DNA of 64,000 bases from Alphaproteobacteria bacterium (GTDB lineage: Bacteria > Pseudomonadota > Alphaproteobacteria > CAAHEQ01 > UBA3637), in assembly GCA_015062395.1 (NCBI GenBank), contig SUUS01000001.1, positions 65,429 through 129,428 of the forward strand, given 5' to 3'. Numbering within the stretch: position 1 is the stretch's first letter; each line of letters starts with the position of its first letter. Shown here in pieces: positions 49,401 to 56,912 of this stretch. A model generated the notes under the pieces. The model made no database searches and was not told the origin of the DNA. It worked only from the letters and a program-made list of their open reading frames with translations. A program made the position numbers and the translations under genes.

Positions 49401-52400
49401 TCCAACTTGCCTTTTGTAATAAATCAACCGGCTCAAGATAATATTTTTTTAAATCAAAAGGATAAGTTGGTAGTTCAATTAATAAACAATTATCTTTCGG
49501 TAGGATATGGTCAAAATTAACGGATATTCCTTTCGAAAATAATTTTCCAAATGCTGAAAGTAATTGTTCTGTATCATCAGTAGTTTTTCTCATCATAGGT
49601 ATATATGTTGCGTTCTGCTCATCATAACATTCTGCAACCATATTAAGAAGCACAGAATTTGGACCTATTTCCAAGAAAATATCAACATCCTTATTTTTTA
49701 AATTATGGATCATATTTTCAAAATTGACAGGTTGAATCATGTGGTTACACCAATAGTCTGAAGATATTTCTCCTGTTTGAATAAAATCCCCCGTTACATT
49801 TGAAAGTAATTTTATAAAAGGATCCTTAAATGAAAATTTGGAAAGATATTTTTTATATACCGCCACAAGGGGATTAGCAACACTTGAATGGCCAAAACTG
49901 CTGTTATCTAATTTTTGTGCTTCAATCTTCTGATCATGTAAAGCTTTAAAAAGTGATAGTATTCTCTCTGTTGGACCAGATACAACCACTAAATTAGGTG
50001 TATTGATAGATGCTATAGATATCTCATTATAGTTTTCCAACAGTTTTTCGACAGTATTTTTATTAGCTCTGATTGCTAACATTTTTGCATGAATTTTTAA
50101 TGAAGTTAACAAAACAGCTCTATGATAAACTATTTGAAGTAATTCATTTAATTTTAGTATACCAGCACAGTAAGCTGCAACGTATTCTCCCAAACTATGT
50201 CCTAATACAAATTTAGGCAAAATTGCCATTTGTTTTAAAATTTCTAGAATAGATACTTCTATGGCTACAATTGCCAGTTGATTTAAAATAACATCTTGTT
50301 CTGAATATTTTTCCTGTTTCCATATTATATCGATTAGATCAAAATCCGTAAATTTCTTTATAATTTTATTACATTCCTGAATCTTTTTCTTAAAAATAGC
50401 ATTTTTCTCATACAGCCTCTTTCCCATCCCAAAATATTGAGATGTATAACCAGAAAAAATAAAGGCAAGCTGTTGTTTTTGTGAGACCTTAAAATCATCT
50501 TTTGTAACAGATGGGAGTTTTAATCGTTTTTCAGTATTTGACAGTTCGTATATCAAACGATCCATTGTATTCGCAACAAAAGAGACCCTATAATCAAAAT
50601 GATATTTCCTCTTTAAAAGTGAATAAGAGATATCCTGTAGACGTAAATCACGATGATTTTCGAAGAAAATTCTATGATTGTGTATTATTTTAACTAAATC
50701 CTCGAATTTCTTTCCAGAAAAAACAAACAAATAAAAATTATTCTTTTGTTTTGTTTGGTTGTTTTTTTTGTGTGAATAACTTTCTAAAATGACATTAGCG
50801 TTAGTACCACCAAGACCAAAGGAATTCACTAAGCAATAATGTTTCTTTGATTTCCAAGGGATCGTTTTATTATTTACATAAAAGGGAGAATCATCCAACT
50901 CCAATAAGGGGTTATTTTTTTTAAAATGAAGTGTAGCAGGTATTTGTTTATGCTGAATACATAAAATTGCTTTTATTATCCCTGCCATGCCAGAAGCCCA
51001 ACCGAGATGACCTATATTAGTTTTTACGCTCCCAATAACGCAATCCCTTTTCCTATTATTACCGAAAACATTTTTTAATGCTTGGATTTCAACTGCATCT
51101 CCAACGACAGTTCCAGTTCCATGTGTTTCAATAAAAGAAATTTTATCTGGCAGTATGTTTGCATCTTTTAAAGCTTGCTGTAATGATCGTGTTTGTCCAT
51201 CAATTGTTGGTGCTAGAAAATTAGATTTCCCATTATTTCCATCATTACTAACACCACTTCCTGAAATAATGGCTAAAATATTATCTTTATCTTTTATGGC
51301 TTTTGATAGTGGTTTTAATAAAACTACTCCTAATCCTTGGGCCATCATCATACCTTCTGATCTTTCATCGAAAGTACGTGTATGGCCATCTGGTGACCAA
51401 GGCATGTCTTTTTGGAAAGTATATTTATGTTTTGATGGGGACATAATGTTTACAGCACCAACTAGTGCCATTTCACATTCTCCATTCAAAAGAGCTTGTT
51501 TTGCCAAGTGAATTGCAACCAACGATGAAGAACATGCAGATTGTACATTAATACTTGGTCCTTCTAACCCCAATTTAAAGGAAACTTTTGTTGGTAAGTA
51601 ATCCTTATCCCCGCCCATCATAACTTGCAAATCCGAAAAACGTTCGAAGAAATACCTATTAGAACGATAATCTAAGTTTGGGTTAAGGTTATTAACAAGA
51701 TAGCTACTAAATCCTTGGGAAGCAAAGACTCCTATCTTTTTAGTCGTATTATTGTTAAGATATCCTGTTTTTTCTAGTAGTTCCCAAGATAATTCCAAAA
51801 ACTTTCGTTGTTGTGGATCCATCATTTCTGCTTCAGTCTTTGAATATCCAAAGAATTCAGCATCAAACAAATTTGCATCATCAATTGTAGATGAACAAAA
51901 TACATCATGCTCAAAGGGATCCAGCATTGACAAATCCTGTGATGGGCCAAAAGATTCGATACTTTCTTTACCAGTTGAAAGAAAATTCCAAAATTCGTCA
52001 GGAGTATGGCACTTAGGAAAATTGCATGCCATTCCTATTACAGCGATTTTTTCTTTTACAGGTTTTCCAAAATCTTGAATAACTGCTTCTTTCCCCTGTA
52101 TTATATTTCCTTTTAAGAGATCAGATACAGCATTAAATGTACTATTTTTTAGTAGCATAGCAACTGGTATTTTTTGCTTGAATGTTTCGAAAATTTTCGT
52201 GTATAGCTGAAGCAAGAGTAATGAGGTTCCACCTAGCTCAAAGAATGTCTTATTTTTGTCAAAGTCGGTTATGTGCAAAAGATCTCGCCAGATTTCTTCC
52301 AACTTAGTCAATTCTGAATGGGTTGTTGTTTCTTTTTTTTCTATATACGTTTGAATTAATACTTTTCTATCCAGTTTCCCTGACGGGGTTCTCGGTAATT

Positions 52401-53811
52401 TGTCAATTACGACAAAATCTTTAGGAGTCATATAATTAGGCACCAGAGTACCAATGGATTGCTTTATATCCAAAATCTCAGTTTTTTCGTTTTTCAAGAC
52501 AATAAAAGCGACAAGGAAAGTGGGCCGATTTTCAGCCATTATCGGACAAACAGCACATTCAAGAACATTTTTATCTTTTGATAATAGGTACTCTATTTCT
52601 GCAAGTTCTATTCTATACCCACTTATTTTTACTTGGTCATCTTTTCGCCCAACGAATTCAAGTTGCTTTTTCTTGTTTAGCTTGACAATATCGCCTGTTG
52701 CATATAGAAGATTTTTTGTGTTTTGAGGATCTGGGATGAAAGATTTATTTGTATCCTTTGGATTATTTACATACCCTTTAGCAATAAACGGAGCACAGAT
52801 AAACAATTCACCCTCCGTAGTAGCTGTAAGTTTTTCATTTAGAATTTTTAACTGTATATTGGATATAGGCTTTCCTATGGGAGGGAGTTTCCCCCACTGA
52901 TTAACATTCTTTGGTAATGTAAACGAAGTGACAACATGGGTCTCACTCGGACCATACTGATTGATTAGACGGCAATGCTTTAGAATTTTAAAAAAAGAAC
53001 GAATTACTGGCGTTATAATCAACTGTTCACCGGCTGTGATTACTTCTTTAAGAGAGGTAGGAAAGGTTTTATTAAGATCTGCGATTTGCGCTATGTAATT
53101 TAACATTACTGCGGGGAGAAAAATCCGTTCAATCTTGAACTTGTCAATTAAGTACAGCAGTTTTTCAGGATCTTTTCTTTCATTTTCTTCAATCAGTACT
53201 AATGAAGCACCCGTACATAAAGTAGAAAAAATTTCTTGAAAAGAAACATCGAAGCTAATTGGGGCAAATTGTAATGTTCTTTTTATCGCAGATTCTTTAA
53301 TTTGCCATGTAATAAGATTTTCAAGAACTGATGTTGGCATAACAACACCCTTTGGAGCTCCCGTAGAACCAGAAGTAAATATAATATAGGCCAATTTACC
53401 AAAACCGTTATTGTTTACGGTTTTATTTCCCCTTGAATTTTTAATTATCTTTTCAAAAAAAACAAACTTTTTATTTCTTTTGTCAATGGTTACATCATCT
53501 GTGATAATTAAATTTGTACCGGATTTTTCCTGCATAAAATTCAAACGCTCGACAGGATAACTCTTATCAAGTGGAACATAAGGGTTTCCAGACTTTAGAA
53601 TTCCTAAAATAGAGATAATTAACTCTATTGATCTGTCAAATAGTACTCCTACTGGTTTCTTATAATTTAATGATTTTATATAACCTGCAACTAAATCTGA
53701 TTTGAAATCTAATTCTCCATAAGTTAGCTCTATACCATCCTTAATAATGGCTACCTTATCGGGAGTCTCGACACAAATCTTCTTAAAATTGTTATATAAA
53801 CTACTTTGCAT
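46396..53811 (-). CDS. Hybrid NRPS-PKS megasynthase, A-T-KS-AT-KR-ACP-C (2471 aa)
   Basis: All core motifs are found in order; see the domain sub-features. There is no TE or reductase release domain. The protein ends in a condensation domain with an intact HHxxxDG. Confidence 0.95.
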   Translation of the reverse strand: MQSSLYNNFKKICVETPDKVAIIKDGIELTYGELDFKSDLVAGYIKSLNYKKPVGVLFDRSIELIISILGILKSGNPYVPLDKSYPVERLNFMQEKSGTNLIITDDVTIDKRNKKFVFFEKIIKNSRGNKTVNNNGFGKLAYIIFTSGSTGAPKGVVMPTSVLENLITWQIKESAIKRTLQFAPISFDVSFQEIFSTLCTGASLVLIEENERKDPEKLLYLIDKFKIERIFLPAVMLNYIAQIADLNKTFPTSLKEVITAGEQLIITPVIRSFFKILKHCRLINQYGPSETHVVTSFTLPKNVNQWGKLPPIGKPISNIQLKILNEKLTATTEGELFICAPFIAKGYVNNPKDTNKSFIPDPQNTKNLLYATGDIVKLNKKKQLEFVGRKDDQVKISGYRIELAEIEYLLSKDKNVLECAVCPIMAENRPTFLVAFIVLKNEKTEILDIKQSIGTLVPNYMTPKDFVVIDKLPRTPSGKLDRKVLIQTYIEKKETTTHSELTKLEEIWRDLLHITDFDKNKTFFELGGTSLLLLQLYTKIFETFKQKIPVAMLLKNSTFNAVSDLLKGNIIQGKEAVIQDFGKPVKEKIAVIGMACNFPKCHTPDEFWNFLSTGKESIESFGPSQDLSMLDPFEHDVFCSSTIDDANLFDAEFFGYSKTEAEMMDPQQRKFLELSWELLEKTGYLNNNTTKKIGVFASQGFSSYLVNNLNPNLDYRSNRYFFERFSDLQVMMGGDKDYLPTKVSFKLGLEGPSINVQSACSSSLVAIHLAKQALLNGECEMALVGAVNIMSPSKHKYTFQKDMPWSPDGHTRTFDERSEGMMMAQGLGVVLLKPLSKAIKDKDNILAIISGSGVSNDGNNGKSNFLAPTIDGQTRSLQQALKDANILPDKISFIETHGTGTVVGDAVEIQALKNVFGNNRKRDCVIGSVKTNIGHLGWASGMAGIIKAILCIQHKQIPATLHFKKNNPLLELDDSPFYVNNKTIPWKSKKHYCLVNSFGLGGTNANVILESYSHKKNNQTKQKNNFYLFVFSGKKFEDLVKIIHNHRIFFENHRDLRLQDISYSLLKRKYHFDYRVSFVANTMDRLIYELSNTEKRLKLPSVTKDDFKVSQKQQLAFIFSGYTSQYFGMGKRLYEKNAIFKKKIQECNKIIKKFTDFDLIDIIWKQEKYSEQDVILNQLAIVAIEVSILEILKQMAILPKFVLGHSLGEYVAAYCAGILKLNELLQIVYHRAVLLTSLKIHAKMLAIRANKNTVEKLLENYNEISIASINTPNLVVVSGPTERILSLFKALHDQKIEAQKLDNSSFGHSSVANPLVAVYKKYLSKFSFKDPFIKLLSNVTGDFIQTGEISSDYWCNHMIQPVNFENMIHNLKNKDVDIFLEIGPNSVLLNMVAECYDEQNATYIPMMRKTTDDTEQLLSAFGKLFSKGISVNFDHILPKDNCLLIELPTYPFDLKKYYLEPVDLLQKASWRNDLYKIQWESVSLSNFSKSYIENSLIIGDKSQIAHFSSEKNLLVSTDISNNSFFLKEKLDSFKKKIERIVYVIDSISDDVQNYTSSDILRLYLNKIKNVFYSLKEAFLMGKIENISFIFVGNDFLNESLVSLLKTICLENSEIKCSCFFAKALTENSISKIASCIRQQKSFSFFQIDPGGKSVFEATLAPISLSSERKLTIVPKKQYLVTGGVGALGLLTSKWLIKNGAKRIVIVGRREKNEVIEQIRTLKLLDDTLDLEYISMDISDESKFFALSSKLDIKNIGGIVHAAGCIEDKSFTNTTMEDFKKIAKAKVLGVWNLHKLSLNTQLDFFVVFSSAVSVIGNPGQSNYTTANAFLDSVCKYRISLGLPALSINWGAWGDLGTIDINKNLQQKLEEKGYSYLKKNDFDEIMSSILSLQEQVILLPMNWNIFLRKYKLENSPFFRLLAKDYLPVEEKNTDTLTQYSIQDIPSIVSSEVARVLDKYTHNCHIEKDDDLFDLGLDSLSAIELRNAIRHLLNISFPVSVVFKERTLRNLTAFCIKNCSSKSLDKKLCEKTEIVLDKNNSENKLSYEEQRWVALERIKYGYLLIPILFHCELKKNSFLNALKEVISRHPILTHCYVDNHYETCNIKDFISSESIFVNMKGVENVAEYIKNLACTLTSSFPDITKTPPWILKILKLNNNQFICLLFTHHLPFDGTSVTVFVEELRKFYASFLQKSHLRLPNPVLYDQYVDWQHKFLLETEKENEAFFGGLYAGIARPVILPNKTGDEFFEQCYPSSCYTIFSSEKVYESLNKFAHKAHVSVFSVLLFVYSKLLVKLTRQHNLLIGTVFNGRTEDNFKETIGPFVKQFPLPISLDETLSNMTQITQINSIVSLVNERSYYPVNLLPKYVEKFLNFSRSSYFTDAYIMLNNYHKEKDNVWPKVEVLETLGTISEPLLNTLNYSTLRELAGLFLIVDMQKSNLRFNFWYHVHRFDINTIKDWASLYISLLEDTVKEE
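46399..47694 (-). other. C-terminal condensation domain (aa ~2040-2471)
   Basis: LLFTHHLPFDGTSVTVF (HHxxxDG, His2165/His2166/Asp2170). About 430 aa, the typical C-domain length. Confidence 0.8.
47767..47979 (-). other. ACP domain (aa ~1945-2015)
   Basis: LFDLGLDSLSAIELRNAI (Ser1976). Confidence 0.85.
48232..48786 (-). other. Ketoreductase catalytic subdomain (aa ~1676-1860)
   Basis: YLVTGGVGALGLLTSKWL, HAAGCIEDK (LDD-like, hinting at B-type), SSAVSVIGNPGQSNYTTANAFLD (Tyr1822). The preceding aa ~1450-1675 look like the structural psi-KR half, with no DH HxxxGxxxxP motif. Confidence 0.85.
49552..50475 (-). other. Acyltransferase domain (aa ~1113-1420), non-canonical specificity motifs
   Basis: FIFSGYTSQYFGMG appears in place of the usual GQGSQ. 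The active site is GHSLGEY (Ser1206). SFGHS sits where HAFH or YASH normally does. Confidence 0.85.
50782..52050 (-). other. Ketosynthase domain (aa ~588-1010)
   Basis: IAVIGMACNFP, DPQQRKFLE, VQSACSSSLVAIHLA (Cys760), ETHGTGT (His897), KTNIGHLGWASG (His935). Confidence 0.92.
52102..52314 (-). other. Thiolation (PCP) domain (aa ~500-570)
   Basis: FFELGGTSLLLLQL, with Ser530 as the phosphopantetheine site. Confidence 0.8.
52357..53811 (-). other. Adenylation domain (aa ~1-485), proline-like specificity code
   Basis: A3 YIIFTSGSTGAPKGV, A4 FDVSFQEIF, A5 NQYGPSETHV, A6 GELFICAPFIAKGY, A7 YATGDIV, A8 GRKDDQVKISGYRIELAEIE, A10 PRTPSGKLDRK. Boundaries are approximate. Confidence 0.9.
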
Positions 53812-54043
53812 GATTCTGAATGAAACTCACAACATCCCCTATCGCTTTCATTTTGGCTATTTCTTCATTTGGAAAAGAAATATTAAATTTTTCTTCCAAC
53901 CGAAAAAATAAATCCATTTTATCTAAGGAATCCACTTCCATTTCTTTAAAAGACATATCACTGGTCAATATCTTATCATGTAAAGCGAACTTTACCTCTT
54001 TTAACGTTTCTTGAACTATTTGAAAAATATCGTTATCACTCAT
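53801..54043 (-). CDS. Discrete acyl carrier protein
   Basis: 80 aa. MEVDSLDKMDLFFRLEE (DSL serine motif). AGGAGG RBS. Overlaps the megasynthase start by 11 nt. Confidence 0.8.
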   Translation of the reverse strand: MSDNDIFQIVQETLKEVKFALHDKILTSDMSFKEMEVDSLDKMDLFFRLEEKFNISFPNEEIAKMKAIGDVVSFIQNHAK

Positions 54044-55004
54044 TTTTGCCTCCTGTCAATGTTAATAAACAATTACACCAAGAAAAACCCGTTCCAAATC
54101 CAGATAATACAAGGTAATTAGCATCTTTTTGTTTCAGATGTGGCTCTAGGATTAATGGGATTGATGATGAACTCGTATTACCATAATTAGCCGCTTTGAA
54201 TTTTAACTGATTTTCTTTTAGATTCAGGGTCGAAGATAATCTTTCCAGTAGATATCTTGATGGTTGATGACACAAAAACTCAGAAATATCACAAGTATCC
54301 AGTCCGTTTTTTAACAATAAGTTTTTAATTGATGCTGGAATTTCTTTCAACACATTATTAAAGACCATACGACCATCCATTCTTAAAAAATTTTTTTCTA
54401 TTATGGTCTCATAAGAATTTGGCAATGTTCCAAAATCCCAATCTTTTAAAATATATCCTGTTGAAACATCTTTTGTTATATAAGTCACTGTTGCTGCGTC
54501 GCCAAAGAGTAATACTGTATTTTTATCTTTTGGGTCTAGAATCCTCGATAACTGGTCACATGTGAAGAAGAGAGCGTTTTTCAAATGAAGGGTTTTCATC
54601 ATAGATAAAACGGTTAGTAAAGCATGGCAAAAACCAGCACATCCTTGACCGATATCAAAAGTAATACATTTTTTTGATAAACCTATTTTATTATGTAAAA
54701 TCGCGGACATATATGGAGCCTTATGATCTGGTGTTTGTGTTACCGTACATACTAAATCAATATTTTCAATGTCAATTTTGATTTTTTTCTCTAAATCATG
54801 CCATGCAGATAAACACATATCAGCCAAAGTCTGATGTTCTTTTATTTTAGACCTCCTAATTATTCCCAATTTATTTTCTATGAAATCTGGACTTACCTCA
54901 AAAGTTGTTAATAAATCCATATTATTTACATAGTTATCTGGAATATAAGTGCCAATACATTTTATTTTAAAGTTTTGCAAGCTCATCCCTCCTATTGATT
55001 TCAT
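54036..55004 (-). CDS. KASIII (FabH-like) beta-ketoacyl-ACP synthase
   Basis: DIGQGCAGFCHAL (Cys), FLCHQPS (His), ANYGNTSSSSIPLIL (Asn): a complete Cys-His-Asn triad. The start is uncertain (55004 or 54986). Overlaps the ACP gene by 8 nt. Confidence 0.85.
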   Translation of the reverse strand: MKSIGGMSLQNFKIKCIGTYIPDNYVNNMDLLTTFEVSPDFIENKLGIIRRSKIKEHQTLADMCLSAWHDLEKKIKIDIENIDLVCTVTQTPDHKAPYMSAILHNKIGLSKKCITFDIGQGCAGFCHALLTVLSMMKTLHLKNALFFTCDQLSRILDPKDKNTVLLFGDAATVTYITKDVSTGYILKDWDFGTLPNSYETIIEKNFLRMDGRMVFNNVLKEIPASIKNLLLKNGLDTCDISEFLCHQPSRYLLERLSSTLNLKENQLKFKAANYGNTSSSSIPLILEPHLKQKDANYLVLSGFGTGFSWCNCLLTLTGGKNE

Positions 55005-56067
55005 ATATTGGGAAATATGTTGGAATTTCAGAATTTTGATAATCTAGTATTAGTTGTGGAATATCTTCCCAACAATAGGTATACACGTCATCTATTATAG
55101 GCATCCAATTGTGCGAAATTGCATAGTTCATCGCATCTAAAGCTTCCTGACGATTTGCATAATGAGTATTTACATGTATGTGTCGATTAATGCATTCAAC
55201 CGTTCTTGAAATAGGAAGTAAGGATCCTGTCTTCCAACCACATGATGAAATTACGGCGTTCCTTCCCAATCCTTTTAGTGCTATTTTTGTGAATGTTCCT
55301 CCTAAATTATCTATAAATATTGATGCTCCCTCATTATGTGTTTCTCTTGAAATATACGACAAAAAATCTTTTTCAAAATCCTTAAATGTGGTTCGATTTA
55401 TGGGGATTATCCCTGAAGAACGAGCATATCTCTCTCTGTACTCATTTGATACCGTCATATAAACACTAAACCCCACTTTTTTTGCGAGAAGAAGTTCAGC
55501 ATATGAAACTCCACCACCATAAGCAAAAACGGACAATCCCTTTGGCTTTCGTTTCGAAAAGGTTTGTATTTTCCAACAGCCATACGCTTGCCGCCAATTT
55601 GAATAAGCAGAAATGAAGCGACCAGAGAATGCGGCCCATTGTTTCAAGGAAAATTGTGAATTTGGGGGTATCTTAATAACCTGTTCCTCTTTCAATTTGA
55701 TTTTTTTTGCTAAATTTCCCATAATTCCTTTTGCATCATAACCCGCTATCTTTATCGGATAACCTTGGGCGTCAGAGATACCATTCCCAAAATAAATGGC
55801 AAAATCACCAATTTCCACTGAGGAAACCTTCTTTCCTCTATTTTGAATATAAAGAACACCAGTATTACCCAAAATTATTTCTTCTTCTGCTCTATCTTCA
55901 TTAATGTTTGTGGGAACTTTTTGTACAGCATGTAAGATGTTTGCTTCAAAACAACCATAAACAGGTAAAGCCAATACCTCATCATCCTCAATATCCGGAA
56001 AATGAATTATTTTTCGTTCTAAAATAGATGAATCCTTCTGTAAAACATACGCCTCTGTTTCAATCAT
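54967..56067 (-). CDS. MDR-superfamily NAD(P)-dependent oxidoreductase (enoyl-reductase or CCR-like candidate)
   Basis: 366 aa. Rossmann segment VFAYGGGVSYAELLLAKKVGFSVYMTVSNEYRERYARSSGIIPINR fits the MDR pattern GxGGVGxxAxQLAKxxGAxVxxT. GroES-like N-terminal half. Confidence 0.65.
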   Translation of the reverse strand: MIETEAYVLQKDSSILERKIIHFPDIEDDEVLALPVYGCFEANILHAVQKVPTNINEDRAEEEIILGNTGVLYIQNRGKKVSSVEIGDFAIYFGNGISDAQGYPIKIAGYDAKGIMGNLAKKIKLKEEQVIKIPPNSQFSLKQWAAFSGRFISAYSNWRQAYGCWKIQTFSKRKPKGLSVFAYGGGVSYAELLLAKKVGFSVYMTVSNEYRERYARSSGIIPINRTTFKDFEKDFLSYISRETHNEGASIFIDNLGGTFTKIALKGLGRNAVISSCGWKTGSLLPISRTVECINRHIHVNTHYANRQEALDAMNYAISHNWMPIIDDVYTYCWEDIPQLILDYQNSEIPTYFPIYEINRRDELAKL

Positions 56068-56840
56068 TTTTTGCTCCGAAGTAAATACGTTTTACTCAAA
56101 GTACTTGGCTGTATTTTGGATATTATACTAAAACCAATTTGTTTAATCTCATCCTCTGATACATCTTCGTATAAAAGAGTTGCAGCTTTTTGTGGTAAAC
56201 GTAACAGAATATTAACATTAGTTTTGGCGGTATCTTTAATTTTTAATAATGTTTTTTTCTTATTAGATAGTCCATTTGCTAAAAGTACGATATTTTCATC
56301 CTTATACGAGAAATCAAAGGATCTCTTTTTTATAAACGTGAAATCTTTTGAAATATCTTTGGAGCACGTCTGTTTGATATACGCTTCAGAGGCTTTAAGA
56401 GCTTGTGTATCATAATCCAAACAAACTGGTATAATCCTCTGATAATTTTGTTTAAGTTCAATTAATGTTTCAGGGTGGTATCCACTACCAGCCATAAGAC
56501 AACGTTTCTGGCTGGATAGATCCTTAATAAGATTAAATTCGCAAAGAACTCCAGCATATCCTTCTTTTTCAAGAATGGATATGCTATTTACCTTTTCACC
56601 ATTCAAAAAATCCTTAACCTTGTTCCTTTCTAATTCTTTTATATACTTATTCCATTTTAAAGAAATTTCCTTTTTATCATCAGAAGATAAAGAAGTAAGC
56701 AAGTCAGAGATTTCATTTTCAGATAAACCAATTAAAATCTTCCAAAAATCCTGAAAGACTAATAAGTCAGGTTCAGTGTAATAAGCCTTTAAAGGTATAG
56801 ATAAAACCTTTTGCGTAATTTGTAATATGGACACTCTCAT
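56064..56840 (-). CDS. Nicotianamine-synthase-like (CntL-like) SAM-dependent transferase candidate
   Basis: 258 aa. RCLMAGSGYHPETLIEL versus NAS VAFVGSGPLPLTSIVLA. VCLDYDTQALKASEAYI versus NAS xNxDxDxxANxxA. VLLANGLSNKKKTLLKI...ILLRLPQKAATLLYEDVSEDEIKQIGFSIISKIQPS...TYLLRSKK versus NAS VFLAALVGM..EEK.KVI...LVVRSAHGARAFLYPVVD..DI..GFEVLSVFHP...NSVIIARK. The comparison is from memory of the family consensus. Confidence 0.5.
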   Translation of the reverse strand: MRVSILQITQKVLSIPLKAYYTEPDLLVFQDFWKILIGLSENEISDLLTSLSSDDKKEISLKWNKYIKELERNKVKDFLNGEKVNSISILEKEGYAGVLCEFNLIKDLSSQKRCLMAGSGYHPETLIELKQNYQRIIPVCLDYDTQALKASEAYIKQTCSKDISKDFTFIKKRSFDFSYKDENIVLLANGLSNKKKTLLKIKDTAKTNVNILLRLPQKAATLLYEDVSEDEIKQIGFSIISKIQPSTLSKTYLLRSKK

Positions 56841-56875
56841 AATTCATACATCAAATCATTCAAACATTTTCGTTT

Positions 56876-56905
56876 AGTATACTTTAAAATACACCCTAGA
56901 GTCAA
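56876..56905 (-). promoter_or_regulatory. Candidate promoter for the NAS-like/MDR/KASIII/ACP/megasynthase operon
   Basis: Minus strand: TTGACT (56905-56900), 18 nt, then TATACT (56881-56876). It lies about 35 nt upstream of the ATG at 56840. Confidence 0.45.
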
Positions 56906-56912
56906 CAAAAAA

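Noticed and set aside
48787-49464. Region between AT and KR (aa ~1450-1675), checked for a dehydratase domain
   Set aside because: There is no HxxxGxxxxP or DxxxQ/H motif. The length and position fit the structural psi-KR subdomain, so I call no DH.
46929-52726. Plus-strand ORFs of 60-131 aa inside the megasynthase gene (46929-47324, 47690-47995, 48587-48877, 51155-51511, 51752-52078, 52454-52726)
   Set aside because: They are antisense to a continuous 7.4-kb ORF with every expected domain motif. There is no independent start or RBS evidence.
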